This document shows positions 33,424 through 35,102 of a stretch of DNA of 35,102 nucleotides, piece by piece. The translations under genes were made by a program, and so were the position numbers. The notes below the pieces were generated by a model, which made no database searches, was not told the origin of the DNA, and saw only the letters and a program-made list of their open reading frames with translations. Position 1 is the stretch's first letter. The number at the start of each line of letters is the position of its first letter. The stretch comes from Macrostomum lignano (Eukaryota): contig NIVC01004781.1 of NCBI GenBank assembly GCA_002269645.1, positions 1 through 35,102 on the forward strand. The letters run 5' to 3'.

Positions 33424-33803
33424 CTGCAGGGGACTGTATCTGTGCGTGACCATCAATGATGCTTAGCGTTTTAGCCTCACCACATCGGCAACTGCCCTCA
33501 AGATGAAACACCAGCTGCATATTTTTGTCTTCATCTTCCTCTTGTAAGCCAACGATGACTGTCCAGTCAATGTCGGAGTCGGCAGCGGTCAGTCCATTCA
33601 CCTGCTTCAGACTGTTGCCCCATCCGTCTGCGTAGCTGCCAGTCATGCTCCTGCCGTCTTTGGTGATGATGCCAGCCAGGGTCTCCAAAAAGTCAGCCAA
33701 TCTCTGCTGCTGCTTGGCCCGCTCGCGAGTGAAGCCTGCGCTGCTGAGAATTCTGCTCAGACTTTCACCGCGCGTCAGGTTTCCGGGACTCTGTAGGATT
33801 TCG
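33424..33803 (-). CDS. cGLR-type gene exon with nucleotidyltransferase catalytic motifs
   Basis: tctacAG phase 2 in, GTAAGT phase 1 out. MTGSYADG...ADSDIDWTVIV is the GS-x-D-x-D pol-beta-superfamily motif. Confidence 0.88.
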
Positions 33804-34368
33804 CTGTAGATAGCCAGCAGTTTAAGGAAGAATTTTATGAGAGGTATTCAATACAAGCATGCTCAGAGAACGGACTCATCAATGAGCTCAATGTAAATTA
33901 ATCCCATGAGCCTAATCATAAAATATCATTAATAGTCATCGAATAGGAAAGACGTCGAAGAGCACTTCATCAAGACTAAGGCAAGTCAAAGACAATGATA
34001 AGCCTCACTCACTAAAATCCACAGGAAAAGAACAAAGTTTCACTCAAAGTCCCATGAAGTTCATCAAGACTATGTTGCTTTGATACTTTGGTGCTGTGAG
34101 AGAAAAGTAAGACGCTACTTTGGATTAAAGACAGAAAAGTTGAGTACAGTGGTTTAGAAGTTTTAGCAAAATATTTTTAATGAACCGTTTGATCTCTTGG
34201 GGTTGTAAATTTTGCCAAATTGAATCTGGCAGTAAAGTGCCTATTATTGCCTATTGCCTATTCAGGTCTAAAGAAATAAAAGTGACTTCACAGAAAAAGA
34301 GGGACTCATTGAAAAATATGGACTCCTCCACCCTTAATATCAAGAAATCGTCAAATCGAAATACTTAC

Positions 34369-34802
34369 GGCTGTTCTGGTGTGCTTTTTAACTTGAGTCG
34401 GTGTTGAAGCAGTCTCAATAGGTCTCTCTGCTTGTAAAGCTGTGCCAGTTTGAGGCAGTCGCGTCCTCCACGATCTCTAAGCTGCAAATTTGCCTCTGAA
34501 CCCAACAGAGTCATCGCGACTCTCAGGTGGCCTCTGACGCACGCCTTGGCCAGTGCTGATTGGCCAGTTTCATCCACCGCATCGATGTCGGTGCCCGGTG
34601 AGCCGAGAATTTGTTTCACCAGCTCGTGATGTCCGGCCAGCGCTGCCACCATCAGACAGGTAAGTCTGCCTTTATACAAGTAGCTCATGTTTGCGTATTT
34701 GATAACCGCACTGGCAAGGGACACGAATCCCTCTGACATGCTTTTGTAAAGCACGGCAGCGATTATCCCTGCACATTCTCTTCTTAGATCAGCATCAGAT
34801 AT
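34369..34802 (-). CDS. Ankyrin-repeat part of the same gene (3' half of a large exon)
   Basis: TCLMVAALAGHHELVKQIL..PGTDIDAVDETGQSALAKACVRGHLRVAMTLL..EANLQLRDRGGRDCL are ankyrin repeats. The phase-2 GTAAGT donor at 34368 joins the NTase exon. Confidence 0.88.
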
Positions 34803-35102
34803 TCCTTGAGGCTCTTGGATTCTTCAACGCAGCTTAACTCGTGAAAAATAAAGTCGATAAGCTCAAAGTCGCCGTGAAGAGCCTCGTTTGCCAAATAATG
34901 CAGGATGTCAGGGTCAGTGAAATCCGGCTTGAATTTAGACTGCACAATGTAGCACACGATTTCTTTGTTTCTACCTTTGAGAGCTCCAACAAAGGCCTTG
35001 TGATGGCACTGCTTCAGAATCCTAGCATGTCGCTCATTAACTAAACCGAGCAGCCTCAGTAGCAGGTCTAGTGGTCCACACTTTCCAAAGAGGCACGCAG
35101 CT
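34802..35102 (-). CDS. Upstream helical/ankyrin-like part, one base out of frame with the ankyrin segment; continues beyond window
   Basis: Open frame from 35101: AACLFGKCGPLDLLLRLL...KAFVGALKGRNKEIVCYIV...LANEALHGDFELIDFIF...KSLKE, stopping at 34786-34784. Confidence 0.7.

Overview
Eukaryotic, intron-rich DNA, not prokaryotic. GC-rich exons separated by minisatellite-filled introns suggest a flatworm such as Macrostomum (inference only). I reconstructed five protein-coding genes by hand from GT-AG splice phases, all on the minus strand. From right to left: (1) a 5'-truncated gene with ankyrin repeats, a Mab-21/cGAS-like nucleotidyltransferase and a C-terminal hydrophobic segment; (2) MRPL45; (3) RPL6; (4) FAM20B-type xylosylkinase; (5) an ARHGAP19-like RhoGAP running off the left edge. 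MRPL45 and FAM20B have no usable in-frame ATG. Their reading frames open exactly in phase 0 after a 3' splice acceptor, as expected if the AUG at the end of the flatworm spliced leader supplies the start codon in an operon-like cluster. The window also holds about 15 private minisatellite or simple-repeat arrays, three copies of a tRNA-derived SINE-like element, a ~600 bp foldback/MITE-like element and a diverged direct repeat. Three single-base frame breaks are probably assembly indels. Most long ORFs in the supplied track are repeat artefacts.
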